In this document: positions 9,406 through 20,400 of the stretch, piece by piece
Layout: each line of letters starts with the position of its first letter
Position numbering within the stretch: the stretch's first letter is position 1
Origin: a virus
Length of the DNA stretch: 64,000 bases
Reading direction: 5' to 3' (one strand)
Virus record (IMG/VR): IMGVR_UViG_3300029258_004290
Location: 22,915 to 86,914 of that record
Notes under the pieces: model-generated
What the model was told of the DNA's origin: nothing
The model's input: only the letters and a program-made list of their open reading frames with translations
Databases searched by the model: none
Translations under genes and position numbers: made by a program

Positions 9406-9787
9406 CACCGCGCTGTCGCTGAGGGCGACGCTGCGCAAGGCGAAGGCGATCGGGGGCGGGCGGTTCGGCCTCGTCCGGCAGAAGAGGACGATCTCCCGCG
9501 CCGGGGGGACGTTCCAGACGACCGTCTACGTCCGCCCGGACAGGAAGGAGGCGAGGGCGATCAAGCCGGCGAAGGCCAGCGGCGCACCCGGGGTCGCGGC
9601 GCAAGCGAAGTCTGACGCGCTGAAGACGCAGAGGGCCCGCAAGGAGCGCTTCGACAAGGTGTACTCCGAGTACAACCAGGCGCTGGCGAAGCTGAGGCCG
9701 ACGGACAAGACGGCCGCGGCGGAGACGCTCCGCGCCATGCACCGGGGCCTGCAGCTGGCGAAGAACATCCTAGAGGGAGGCGGCTGA
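9389..9787 (+). CDS. tagged head-associated protein 4
   Basis: AAAGGAG RBS; LRKAK...GLVRQKRTISRAGGTFQTTVYVRP. Confidence 0.8.
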   Translation: MSAGIDTALSLRATLRKAKAIGGGRFGLVRQKRTISRAGGTFQTTVYVRPDRKEARAIKPAKASGAPGVAAQAKSDALKTQRARKERFDKVYSEYNQALAKLRPTDKTAAAETLRAMHRGLQLAKNILEGGG

Positions 9788-11625
9788 TGAGCATCGAGAG
9801 GGAGCTGATCCGGCGCGACGCGCTGCGGAAGGCCCGCCGGGGCTGCGGCGCGGGGAACGCCGTCGCCGGCAGGGGCGGCAGGCCGCTGACCGAGGAGGAG
9901 CGCCGCAGGCGCCACAAGCGCCTGACCGGCGAGGACGAGCCGCCCCCGCGCGGGGCCGGCCGCCGCGAGGGGCTGAGGAAGGCGAGGGGCCGCGAGGGCC
10001 TCACGCCGCAGAAGAAGACCGTCACCAGGGGCGGCAGGACCTTCCAAACGACCGTGTACGTTCGCTCGGGTGAGAAGCCGGCCGGCGACGGGGGCAAGAA
10101 GGACAAGGCCGCCAGGGAAAAGGCCGGCTACGTGTTCCGCAACCGCGCCGCGCGGAGGATCTTCAGCCGAATGGAGAAGTTCGCCCCGGACCCGTTCGGC
10201 AACAAGGCGGACCGCGCGGCGTGGGACGCGGCGGAGAAGGCCTGGGTCGACGCCACGGTCGCCGGGGCCACCAAGACCCCGGCCGACGACGCGGCGGTCG
10301 CGGCCGCCAAGAAAGCGCGCGCCGCGCACGCCGGCGAGGAGTTCAAGGAGAAGGGCGCGCGGGAGATGAAGTTGTCCGCGGAGGGAAAGACCGGCGTGAA
10401 GCAGGGCGAGGCGGCGGAACCGGCAAAGTGGTCCACGGCGGGGGTCGCCAGGGCCGCCGCGAGGGACGCGGCCAGGAAGATGCTCGCCGGGGCCAAGGCG
10501 GGCCCAAAGGAGTCCGGCGCGGAGGCGGCCGGGCGCCGGGACAGGGAGGCCGAGGCCCTGGCGAAGAAGATCGAGGGCGCGGTCGCCGCCGAGATCAAGG
10601 GCCTGGACCCGAAGAAGTCCGCGACGCTGAGCGCGGCGATGCGCGTCGCCAGGGCGGAGGCGGTCCGGGAGTCCGGCGGCGTCGCCAGCGCCTCGCAGGC
10701 GCGGGACGAGATCGATGACCCCTTCGTGACGGAGGTCAGCCAGGAGATGGGCCTCGAGGTTATGTCCATCCTGGGCATTGAGGAGCCGGCCGGGAAGTCG
10801 TTCGACGAGGCGTACGCCGCCGGCCACAACGCCTACGTCGCGGCGAGGATGGCCGGGCGGTCTGTGAAGCAGGCCGAGGGGGACGCCGTGTCCGCCGCCG
10901 CCGCCATGGCGGAGCGGATGAAGGAGGAGGACCCCTACGACGAGTTCCGGGAGCGGCGGGTCGCCGAGGCGCAGGCGCGGGCGAAAGGGAAGGCCGGCGG
11001 GCCGAAAGCCGCGGCCAGCAAGAAGAAGATGGAAGGCATGACCGTCGGCGAGTGGATGTCCGAGGGCCGCCCGCGGCGCCCGTCGCCCAGGAAGAGGGGC
11101 CCGGCCGCGCCGTGGCTCGGGCCCGCGGAGAAGTCCACGGCCATCGGGCGTGAGCTCGGCCGCAGGGAGGCCCCAAAGGGCGGAAGGGCCCCATCCAAGG
11201 AGAAGGGGACCTATGAGGAAAGGATGCACGCGAAGTTCACGGGCGCGCTCCCGAGGGACGAGCGGCGGGCCGAGTACTACAAGAAGAACATCAACCGCCT
11301 CAAGAATCTGTCGGCGAAGGGCAACGAGACGGCGTGGGAGACGGTCGCCGACATGGAGCTGGACAGGGCCTTCGGCTTCCCGAAGGGTGTGACCATGCGG
11401 ATCAGGAAGACCGGCAAGGGCTGGTTCGCCGTCGCGGACGCCACGCGCGTCTCCACCTACAACAAGACGCCGGAGGGGGCGCTCGGCAGCGCGCTGCATT
11501 GGCGGAAGATCGGCCGGACGGAGTATGGCAAGAAGAGGCCAGAGGCCAGGAAGTCCACGGCCATCGGGCGCGAGCTCGGCCGCAGGGAGGCCCTGCGCAA
11601 GGCCAGGCTGAGGGGGCTGATATGA
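9787..11625 (+). CDS. tagged head-associated protein 5 (612 aa, Ala/Lys-rich)
   Basis: TGATG coupling; LRKARGREGLTPQKKTVTRGGRTFQTTVYVRS. Confidence 0.8.
   Translation: MSIERELIRRDALRKARRGCGAGNAVAGRGGRPLTEEERRRRHKRLTGEDEPPPRGAGRREGLRKARGREGLTPQKKTVTRGGRTFQTTVYVRSGEKPAGDGGKKDKAAREKAGYVFRNRAARRIFSRMEKFAPDPFGNKADRAAWDAAEKAWVDATVAGATKTPADDAAVAAAKKARAAHAGEEFKEKGAREMKLSAEGKTGVKQGEAAEPAKWSTAGVARAAARDAARKMLAGAKAGPKESGAEAAGRRDREAEALAKKIEGAVAAEIKGLDPKKSATLSAAMRVARAEAVRESGGVASASQARDEIDDPFVTEVSQEMGLEVMSILGIEEPAGKSFDEAYAAGHNAYVAARMAGRSVKQAEGDAVSAAAAMAERMKEEDPYDEFRERRVAEAQARAKGKAGGPKAAASKKKMEGMTVGEWMSEGRPRRPSPRKRGPAAPWLGPAEKSTAIGRELGRREAPKGGRAPSKEKGTYEERMHAKFTGALPRDERRAEYYKKNINRLKNLSAKGNETAWETVADMELDRAFGFPKGVTMRIRKTGKGWFAVADATRVSTYNKTPEGALGSALHWRKIGRTEYGKKRPEARKSTAIGRELGRREALRKARLRGLI
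11130..11593 (+). repeat. 44-bp direct repeat (11130-11173 and 11550-11593, one mismatch)
   Basis: GAAGTCCACGGCCATCGGGCG(T/C)GAGCTCGGCCGCAGGGAGGCCC, encoding KSTAIGRELGRREA twice. Confidence 0.9.
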
Positions 11626-12323
11626 CCGCCGACCAGGTCCGGCGCCGGCTGGCGCTTCTCGGGGAGCTGCGGAAGGCGAAGGGCCGGGCGCACGGCCGCG
11701 GCCACCTCGTCCCGCAGCAGAGGACCGTCATCCGCATGGGGAAGCAGGTGCAGACGACCGTGTGGGTGAGTCCGGGGGAGGCCGGGCCGACCGCGGAGGG
11801 CGAGGCGAAGCCGGCGGAGAAGAAGACCGGCGCCGACAAGCCGCAGGCCTCCCCGGTGTGGGAGGGTCCGGCGAAAGGGAGCGCGCAGTGGTGGGTGAGG
11901 CTCCGCCACGAGTGGGACTACTCCGGGCTCGGCCCGAGGGTCGCCGCCGTGCTCGGCAAGGTCGGGGGCGCCTCCGCCGAGGACTACGACGCCGCGGAGG
12001 GCCGCGTCATGGAGAAGTGGTACGCGGCCTACGATGAGGAGGAGCCGAAGAAAGCGGACCCCGTGGCCATGCGCGCCGCCAGGGCGGAGGCGAAGAGGCT
12101 GGCGAAGCCCGCGCCGAAGAAGGACAAGTTCGCGGAGTGGCAGAAGGCCTCCGACAAGGCGTGGCCCACCGTCGACCGCGTCGCCAGGGACCACGGCCTG
12201 GGCAAGGAGGAGCGCGGCCGGTTCCACACGGAGCTGTCCAATGCGATCATGGAGGGGAAGCCGACCGGCCCGATCGTCGGCAAGTACATCCCGAAGAACC
12301 CGGCCGTCCGCCACCGCTACTAG
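11622..12323 (+). CDS. tagged head-associated protein 6
   Basis: ATGA coupling; LRKAKGRAHGRGHLVPQQRTVIRMGKQVQTTVWVSP. Confidence 0.8.
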   Translation: MTADQVRRRLALLGELRKAKGRAHGRGHLVPQQRTVIRMGKQVQTTVWVSPGEAGPTAEGEAKPAEKKTGADKPQASPVWEGPAKGSAQWWVRLRHEWDYSGLGPRVAAVLGKVGGASAEDYDAAEGRVMEKWYAAYDEEEPKKADPVAMRAARAEAKRLAKPAPKKDKFAEWQKASDKAWPTVDRVARDHGLGKEERGRFHTELSNAIMEGKPTGPIVGKYIPKNPAVRHRY

Positions 12324-12488
12324 CAGGCACAACCTGCCCCCCTCGCCCGAAGCCAGGGCCGGGGAGCCAAAATAGCTACAGACTAGCCCCGCGGGCTCGG
12401 ACCCGGCGCCGTCGCAGTGGCGCGGCAGCCGGGCAACCGCGCGCGCCCGCAGAGGCGGGCGAGGCGAGCCGGGGGCAAGGAGAGTGGA

Positions 12489-13535
12489 ATGCTGCCTTCG
12501 ACAACGACACTGACCGCGAAGCAGCAGGACCGCCTCGACCGCATGTGCCCCGCCGGGCACAACGCGGCGATCGGGACGGTCGTGCGCGGCGTCCAGACGG
12601 ACATCGCAGACCTGCTGGGCTCGGCCTACGGGCCGGGGCTCACGCTCTACGTCGACGGGAAGTACGGGTCCGACGACGTCACCGTCGCCGCCCCGAACCG
12701 CTACCCCGCGAGCGCCGTCAACCACGGCACCACGTGGGCCACGGCGTTCAAGACCATCCAGGCCGCCCTGACGGTCGCGAGGGGCGCGGGCACGGGCTCC
12801 AACCCGGCGCTCGACAGCAACTACGACCAGGACCACCACGTCACGGTCGTGGTCGCGCCCGGCAACTACGCCGAGAACCTCATCATGGTCGGCGCGGGCA
12901 TCCGCCTGGTCGGCATCGGGGTCCCCGGCACGGACCGCGGCGTGAGCGTCACGCCCCCGGACATGAGCGGGAGCTACCCCGGGTCGATGATCGTCCAGGG
13001 GTCCGGGCTCGAGATCGGGAACATCCTGCTCGTCAACAACTTCGCCTACCCGACCATGTGGTTCGACAAGATGCACTCCAGCTGGGTGCACGACGTCGTC
13101 TTCTACGGGGACGGGGACGCGACGAAGGCGTTCACCACGAACGGGATGAAGAACTCGATCCTGGAGCACTGCCGGATCAGCGAGTTCTCGGCGGCCGGCA
13201 TCGAGGTCAATTACGACGCCAGTTCGCCCGACTACCTGATCGGGTCCCAGATCCGCCACAACCGGATCGGCCAGGGCTCGGGGACGGGCATCCTGGTCGA
13301 CGTCAACCTCGTCGCCTACGACAGCTCGATCTACGACAACACGGTCATCGGGGCCCTGACGCTTGGGATCGACAACAACGCCACCGGCCCGATCGCGATC
13401 CACGACAACTTCGCCTGTATCGTCGACAACACGGCGCCGATCGAGAGCGCCTCGACCATCGGCGGGATGCACCGGAACGCGGTCGTCTACAACGCCAACG
13501 GGACGCGGACGTTCCCGTTCCCGGCGAACGCGTAG
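12489..13535 (+). CDS. right-handed beta-helix (pectin lyase-like) protein, putative head fibre/decoration
   Basis: AAGGAG RBS; LYVDG.., G.TWATAFKTIQAAL, VAPGNYAE, repeated I.HN.I / GI.V beta-helix rungs. Confidence 0.75.
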   Translation: MLPSTTTLTAKQQDRLDRMCPAGHNAAIGTVVRGVQTDIADLLGSAYGPGLTLYVDGKYGSDDVTVAAPNRYPASAVNHGTTWATAFKTIQAALTVARGAGTGSNPALDSNYDQDHHVTVVVAPGNYAENLIMVGAGIRLVGIGVPGTDRGVSVTPPDMSGSYPGSMIVQGSGLEIGNILLVNNFAYPTMWFDKMHSSWVHDVVFYGDGDATKAFTTNGMKNSILEHCRISEFSAAGIEVNYDASSPDYLIGSQIRHNRIGQGSGTGILVDVNLVAYDSSIYDNTVIGALTLGIDNNATGPIAIHDNFACIVDNTAPIESASTIGGMHRNAVVYNANGTRTFPFPANA

Positions 13536-13570
13536 GCGCGCCGGAAGCCCGAGGAAAGGAGAACAGGACA

Positions 13571-13750
13571 GTGAAGACGGAAAAGGTCCACGACGAGAAG
13601 ACGGCCGCGGAGGTCGCCGCCGGATTCCGCAAGAGCGGCGTCGGCATGGCCCCCGAGCAGGCCGGGAAGATGTTCCCGCCCCCCTCCGAGGAGGCGCAGG
13701 CCGCGGCGAAGCCCGAGGCCGCGAAGAAGAAGGCCGGCGGGAAGAAGTAG
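13571..13750 (+). CDS. small hypothetical protein
   Basis: AAAGGAG RBS before GTG; 59 aa. Confidence 0.55.
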   Translation: MKTEKVHDEKTAAEVAAGFRKSGVGMAPEQAGKMFPPPSEEAQAAAKPEAAKKKAGGKK

Positions 13751-13959
13751 CACAGCCTTCGGCGCCCCCTTGGGGGGATTGACCGGGGGGTAGGCATCTA
13801 GCACTGCCTCCGGGGCCCGTCCGCGGGCCCCCCTCGCCGCCGCCTCCCCGCGCCCGCCTAGGCCACGGGGACCCGGAACCCGCCGGATCGCGGGCCGGGA
13901 TGCGGGGGGCGGCGAGGAAGACCCGCGGGCCGACAGAACAAAGGAGAGAAGGGGAGAGC

Positions 13960-15588
13960 ATGGCGACCAAGAGCCTGAAGGACATAGGGAGCCCCGGCAA
14001 GCTGCTCGCGCAGCTGACCACCGGCGGCTTCGTCCCGTTCGCGGAGGGCGTGCGCCGGCGCGTGATGCGCGTCAGCTTCGCCGTCCTCGAGCGGATGGCC
14101 GACCGCAACCCGATCGCGAACGCGATCGTCAACAAGCGGTGCCAGCAGGTGCGGCCGTTCTGCCGCGTCTCGACCGACCCCGCGGAGAGGGGCTTCTCCA
14201 TCCAGCCGAAGTCCGGCCTCACGCCGAAGATGAAGGAGGGGAAGAAGCCGCGGCGCATCGTCGAGCTCGAGGACTTCGTGATGAACACGGGGTTCGCCTA
14301 CGAGCCCGACAGGGAGGACGACTTCCCGGACTTCGCGCAGATGCTGGTCCGCGACGTCCTCACCTTCGACCAGAACGCGACGGAGCTGCGCAGGACGAAC
14401 GCCGGCAAGGTCTTCGACTACTGGTACATCGACCCGACGACCATCGCCCGCGCCGTCCCGATCGGGGGCGGCCAGGTGCACCACCCCTCGCCCGCGCCGG
14501 TCGGCGGGAAGGGCGCGGCATCGGCCACGCTCCGCTCCTGGATGGAGAGGGCGCGGGGCCCCAAGGGCCGGGACGTGCGCTTCGTGCAGCGCGAGCTGCA
14601 GAACAACCGGACGAAGATCACCGCGACGTTCACCGCGGAGAACATGATCTTCGACTACATGTACAAGAGGAGCCGGCAGCAGTACCGGGGCTACGGCTAC
14701 TCGCCGCTCGAGCAGTGCATCGACACGGTGACCACGCTCCTGTTCGGACTCACCTACAACAAGGACCTCTTCATACGCGAGCGCCTGCCCAAGGGCTTCC
14801 TCAAGGTCATGGGCGACGTCGACGCGGCGACGCTCCGGGCGGTGAAGAACGCCTGGGTCGCGGAGATGACCGGCTACGGGGCGAAGTTCCGCGTGCCGAT
14901 CATCCCCTCCGGCAAGGAGGGCGTCGGGATCGACTGGCAGGCGCTCGGCCAGTCCAACCGCGACATGGAGTACACCAAGCTCCTCCACCTCATCATTTCC
15001 ATCATGTGCGCCGTCTTCACCATCGACCCGATTGAGATCGGGATCAAGACGGACCTCGCGCCCCAGGGCCTCGGGCACTCCGGCACTAAGCCGAAGATCG
15101 AGGAGAGCAAGGACACCGGGCTCGGCGCGCTCCTCATGTACATCGAGACCTACATGAACAAGATCCTCCACAAGGTGGACGAGGACGTCGTCTTCAAGTT
15201 CACCGGCGTGAAGGAAGGGGACGCCAAGAAGAAGGCGGAGCTGCGGGAGATGCAGATCAAGCAGAGCCGGAGCGTCGACGACTTCCGCCGAGCCGACGGC
15301 CTCGAGCCCTACGAGGAGCTGTGGAGCAGCATCCCGCTGCGGCCCGAGATCGTGCAGCTGGTCCAGGCCGAGAAGCAGGAGCAGCAGATGGCCGCGATGG
15401 GCGGCGGGGCGCAGCCCGGCGGCGGGGAGGAACCCGCGGACGAGGGCGGGGACGGCGGCGAGGGCGGCCGGTTCTCCTGGGAGGTCGGCGAGGGGGACGC
15501 CGAGCTCGAGGGCGGGGCCGCGGAGAAGTCGCTAGCCTCCCTCGAGGACGCGCTCTTCAAGGGCGGGCCGTTGGAGGTCGTCATCTGA
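13960..15588 (+). CDS. portal protein
   Basis: YGYSPLEQC..., LF...LPKGFL, W..LGQSNRDMEY, AVFTIDPIEIG motifs typical of SPO1/Twort-like portals. Confidence 0.9.
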   Translation: MATKSLKDIGSPGKLLAQLTTGGFVPFAEGVRRRVMRVSFAVLERMADRNPIANAIVNKRCQQVRPFCRVSTDPAERGFSIQPKSGLTPKMKEGKKPRRIVELEDFVMNTGFAYEPDREDDFPDFAQMLVRDVLTFDQNATELRRTNAGKVFDYWYIDPTTIARAVPIGGGQVHHPSPAPVGGKGAASATLRSWMERARGPKGRDVRFVQRELQNNRTKITATFTAENMIFDYMYKRSRQQYRGYGYSPLEQCIDTVTTLLFGLTYNKDLFIRERLPKGFLKVMGDVDAATLRAVKNAWVAEMTGYGAKFRVPIIPSGKEGVGIDWQALGQSNRDMEYTKLLHLIISIMCAVFTIDPIEIGIKTDLAPQGLGHSGTKPKIEESKDTGLGALLMYIETYMNKILHKVDEDVVFKFTGVKEGDAKKKAELREMQIKQSRSVDDFRRADGLEPYEELWSSIPLRPEIVQLVQAEKQEQQMAAMGGGAQPGGGEEPADEGGDGGEGGRFSWEVGEGDAELEGGAAEKSLASLEDALFKGGPLEVVI

Positions 15589-15589
15589 C

Positions 15590-17419
15590 ATGAGGCCCCT
15601 GACCCTCATACCCAGGCCGCGCAGCGCCCTGAGGAAGGCGTTCGGCAAGCAGGCCGACCCCGACTTCACGGTCAAGCGCTTCTCCGACGGCAACTATCAC
15701 ATGAAGGTCCCCGGCAAGGGGTGGATGAAGCTCGGCAAGGACCGCGCGCGGGCGGAGGAGTTCGCCAGGAAGCGCAGGGCAGGCGGCGGCGAGAAGCCGC
15801 AGGCCAAGGTCGGCCAGACCGTCCGCATCAGGGGGAGCGGCCGCGGGTCGCTCGGCCGGGGCGTCGTGGGGAAGATCAAGGAGATAGGCCAGGGGTTCGT
15901 GCGCGTGGCGGACGAGGCGGGGCGCGTGTTCCGCGTCAAGACGCCCGCGCTCGCCCTGGCCAAGGCCGCGCCGCCCCCCGAGCCCGGGCCGTCGGGCCCC
16001 CTCGCGCTGTACAAGGCGCGGCCCGGGCTGGTGCGCCAGGCGCGCCTGGCCGCGCGGGGCGGCCGGACGTTCCGGACCCACGTGTGGGTGAGGCCCGGCG
16101 ATCGCCCGGCCGCGGCGGGGGGCTCCCGCGCCGCCGCCGTCAAGGAGTGGCTGAAGAGCCGCTCCTCCCTCGAGGTCGAGACGCTGTCGCCGGCCGAGGC
16201 GGCGTCGGTCCTCAACTCCCTCGGGACGGACCCGGACCGCCTGCACGCGGCCAGGGAGCCGGCGAACGCCGCGCACGCCGTCGGCAGGATCGCCGCGTCC
16301 GCCCTCGTCCGCCGGGCCGCGGGGCAGGACCTCTCCGCATTCCGCTCCCGCCTCGAGGACCTCGAGAGGGCCACCGGCGACGCGGTGTGGAACATGGACA
16401 TCCGCGAGGAGGCGACCCTCTACGACCCCTCCTCCTCCGAGGAGGACGTGGCCTACGCCATGATGGGCGCCTGGGGCAGCTCCACCAACAAGGTGGCGGC
16501 AGTGATGCTGCAGGAGGCCGCGGCGGAAGAGTTGCTGGGGGTAACCAAGTTCCGCGTCTGGCAACGGCACAACATGCCGGCGGTCAGGGACGAGGAGGCC
16601 AGGAGGCTGGAGGCCGAGGTAGTCCGCGCGCAGAAGGCCTGGCAGGTGACGCCCGCCAACACCCCCGAGTCTGCGGCGGCCTTCGACGAGCTGGACGGGC
16701 GGAGGGCGGCGCTGCACCGCCATCAAGACGCGGCACGGGCCAGCGGCACGAGGGCCTACGTGCCCCCGGAGGTGTTCGCCAGGGCGCGCCGCGCCGTCCG
16801 CGCCATGTGGGGGCGGACCCAGGAGGAGCTCCGCACGAGGCCCCCGTGGTCCCTCGAGGCCCAGGGAAGGGAGCGGGCGTGGCGCGTGGCCTGCAACACG
16901 GCGGCGATCCGGCTGCAGGACGTCCCGGGGTCCGCCGACGTGCTGGCGCGAATGGCGACGGCCGGCTCCAACGCGGCCGCCACGATGCGGGACTACTTCG
17001 GGGAGGTACCGGCCGACTGGTCCTCCCCGTCGGCGGAGGCCCCACGGCGGGTGCTGGCGGAGGCGCATTCGCTCATGGCCGGCGCCGTGGAGGAGGGGCG
17101 CGACCCGTTCGACGAGGAGACGTTCCGCCGGTGCGCGGCAGCCGTGGCGGAGGAGCTGACGCGGAAGCGGCCGTTGCTGCTGTATCGGGGCGTGACGCAG
17201 GACACCGTCGCCGGCAACGTCGTGGAGAGCTGGTCCACGTCGCGGAGCGTCGCCCGGCAGTTCGACGGCTACGACATCCTCGAGGACGCCGGCGTGCCGT
17301 ACGGCCGGATCCTCGCGTTCTGGGGGTCCGACAGCAAGCTGGCCAGGAACAACCTGCACCACGGGGAGAAGGAGTTCCTGCTGCTGTTTGACGACCCGGG
17401 AGAGGGCGGCCGGCCGTGA
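15590..17419 (+). CDS. tagged head-associated protein with C-terminal ADP-ribosyltransferase-like domain
   Basis: Tag LYKARPGLVRQARLAARGGRTFRTHVWVRP; C-terminal LLYRG..ESWSTS..GEKEFLLL (R-S-E). Confidence 0.8.
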   Translation: MRPLTLIPRPRSALRKAFGKQADPDFTVKRFSDGNYHMKVPGKGWMKLGKDRARAEEFARKRRAGGGEKPQAKVGQTVRIRGSGRGSLGRGVVGKIKEIGQGFVRVADEAGRVFRVKTPALALAKAAPPPEPGPSGPLALYKARPGLVRQARLAARGGRTFRTHVWVRPGDRPAAAGGSRAAAVKEWLKSRSSLEVETLSPAEAASVLNSLGTDPDRLHAAREPANAAHAVGRIAASALVRRAAGQDLSAFRSRLEDLERATGDAVWNMDIREEATLYDPSSSEEDVAYAMMGAWGSSTNKVAAVMLQEAAAEELLGVTKFRVWQRHNMPAVRDEEARRLEAEVVRAQKAWQVTPANTPESAAAFDELDGRRAALHRHQDAARASGTRAYVPPEVFARARRAVRAMWGRTQEELRTRPPWSLEAQGRERAWRVACNTAAIRLQDVPGSADVLARMATAGSNAAATMRDYFGEVPADWSSPSAEAPRRVLAEAHSLMAGAVEEGRDPFDEETFRRCAAAVAEELTRKRPLLLYRGVTQDTVAGNVVESWSTSRSVARQFDGYDILEDAGVPYGRILAFWGSDSKLARNNLHHGEKEFLLLFDDPGEGGRP

Positions 17420-20400
17420 AGCGCCGCGCGCTCCGGGGCCTCGGCGGCCGGCGGGTGGAGGTCCTGACGCCCGAGACCGAGGCCGACGCGGCCCGCCTCG
17501 CCTCCGCGGCGGCGGCGGGGGAGGCCGACGGCCGCGCCTCGTTCGGCGACGGGCGCCCCCTGCGCAAGGCCCGCCGCGGGATGGTGCTGGGTAGGCGCGG
17601 CCGCCTGGTCCCCGAGAAGCGGACCGTCACCCGCGGCGGCAGGACGTTCCAGCAGACGGTGTGGGTCCGGCCGGGCGAGAGGCCGAAGGCGCCGGCAACG
17701 GCGGCCGCGGTGGCAAGGGCGATCGAGCCCGTCGTGGCCGAGGTGAAGCGCATGGCCCCGAAGTGGCTGGCCTTCCGGCAGCAGGGAGAGCCCGCCTGGG
17801 GCGGCAAGCGGAAGAAGGAGACGGCCGCGGGCCTCGCCAGGTCCGCGATGCACGACTGGGACATCGGCAAGCAGGTGACGGCGATCCTCCGGAAAAGACC
17901 GAGGCTGGCGGCGGCGTTCTTCAACGACATGGAGGGCGTCAACCGCGAGCTGAAGAGGCAGACCGGGCTCGCGATGGACTACGCCCGCTTCGGCGAGATT
18001 GACCTGCTGGACACGATGAAGGCGGCGGCCGCCTCCGGTGAGAGCCTCGCCGGGTTCCGCGCGCAGGCGAAGGGGCTCGGCGAGAGGTACGACAAGGGCC
18101 GGATCATCGACAACCCGCGCTACGACCGCGGGCTGCGGTGGGTCGCCACCATGCACGACCCGACCTCGACGACCGAGGAGATCCAGCACGCGATGCTCGC
18201 GCAGTGGGAGCGTGGCGGCCTCGGGGCGAACGCGGTCACGCACCAGATCGTGCAGAGCGCGTTCGCCGGCAAGCCGGTCCGGGACGCGGGCATCCCCGAC
18301 GTTATGGTGGAGAAGGCGAAGCACGCTGTCCTCGACCTGTATCGCCGGACCCAGGACGCGCTGCGCGCCAGGGGCGAGAAGAAGATCCGCCTCTATCGCG
18401 GCGTACAGACGATGGCGGGCGGCAACATCCTCGAGAGCTGGACCCCGGACGAGGAGATGGCCACGTTCTTCGCCAACATCGGCAAGTTCAAGGGCAAGGT
18501 CCGGCGCGGGAACATCCCGGCCGCGCGCGTCCTGGCGACGTACGACACGCCGCCGGGCGAGGGCATCCTCCGCGACAATGAGCAGGAGTACATGGTCCTG
18601 ACCAAGCGGCCCGACGCGTTCGGCAAGAGCATGGCGTGGATCCTGGAAAAGGCTCGAGCCGGCCTGGTGCAGCGCGAGGTCCAGGTCAAGGGGCGGCGCA
18701 GGTTCTACTTCGCGAAGCGCTGGGTGAAGGTCGGGCCGGAAGAGGACGACCTGGAGCCGATGGCGCTCTCCACCATGCCGAAGCCGGTCGGCTACATCAC
18801 GCCGTCGGGGAACGTCCGCCGGCTGAGCAAGGCGGGCAGGTACGGCTGGGGCAAGGCGTCGAGGGCGCAGCTCGAGCGCTGGCGCGACGTCATCACCGGG
18901 AAGGCTGCGCCGGAGACCGAGGCGGAGCGGCTCGGCCGCCGGGAGTACGAGGCCGGCGAGTACGGCGGCACGCCGCCGGGGTACGAGCACAAGCATGGCA
19001 AGATGCCAGACGGGAGCCCGCCGCCCGGGGACGGGAGCAGGGCTACGCCGGAGCGGATGCTCGCGGAGTGCCCGAAGATCGGCGAGGCGCTGCGGAACAT
19101 GGCCGGGCCCTGGGACTACCTGGGGTCGCACGGCGACCAACGGATGTTCTTCGACGCGTACTCGGGAAAGGACGCCGTCCCGGTCGAATACCAGGACCGC
19201 TTCTGCCAGGACTACGAGTTCGCGTTCAAGACCTGGCGCGCCGCGGCCCCTGACGGGAGCCCGCGAAGGGGGATCCCGACGCCGCACGAGCTCGTCTCCA
19301 AGCTGCCCGGGGTCAAGGGCGTGCTCGGCCGGCTGAAGGGCGCGCAGGTGAAGAAGGCGGCGAAATGGCTGTGGGACCACCTGGCGTCGGTCGCGTGGGG
19401 CAGCTTCGTCAAGGGCGTGAAGACCGTGACCGAGGCGCAGCGCGCCCAGGCCGACGCGTGGATCGCGGCCTTCAAGGACCCGGAGGGGATGGGCATCTCG
19501 TACGCCGGGGCCCGCGCGCTCGCCCTCTACTCCGACGCGTGCCACCGGGAGGCGGAGGCGCAGAGCTACACGAAGCAGCGGACGAAGCGCCTGGTCGCGG
19601 GGATGAAGAACGCGGAGGGCTACGACTTCGCCGGCAGGCAGATCACGCCGAAGGAGGCGAAGGGGATCGACGCCATGCTCGGCCGGATAAGGGGCCTGGT
19701 GCCGAGCGCGAACCGCCTGGCCACGGCGTGGCAGCTGCGGGTCAACGTCATCGCGCTCGGGTCGATCAAGGGGCCGACGGGCCAGGGCGTCGCGGGCCAG
19801 TACTGGCCCGACCTCGGGCCGGAGGACGCCGCCGGCGAGCCGGAAACCTGGCGGAAGAGGGGCGTCAAGTCCCGCGAGCTGGACCTGGACTACAAGCACA
19901 CCTACGCGGTCGCGCACGAGCTCATGCACTCGTGGGACGACGCGGCGAAGAAGGGCATCGCCGTTGACCCGGGCGCCGGCGCCCCGAAGGCCAGGGGCTC
20001 CATTGGCTGGAAGTTCCGCGAGCTGATGGGCGACGCCATGGTGGAGAACGGCACGCTCGCCCGGTGGTACCGCTTCGGCACGGACGCGGCCATACCGACG
20101 ACCGCGAACGAGCGAGAGTACCGCGACGCGTCCGATAAGCTGGCCTACGCGGTCGGCGAGCCGGAGGCCTCGATCACCGCGCAGCTCGTGCGTTTCACCC
20201 ACACGAAGCACGGAAGCCGCGTCAAGACCCTCGACGCCGTGAGCAAGGCGTTCCGGAAGGCTGCCACGGAGGCGGGCCTGACGGAGAGCGAGAGCGGCGT
20301 GTTCTGGAAGGACGTGCGTCACACGTGGGAGGCGCGGCGGTCGCCCTTCGCCCGGCTGGTCCGCACCAAGTACGGGACGCGCAAGGAGACCGTCTACGAG

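Noticed and set aside
13779-13805. sigma70 promoter TTGACC...TAGCAC before the portal
   Set aside because: Spacing of 14 nt and a poor -10 box
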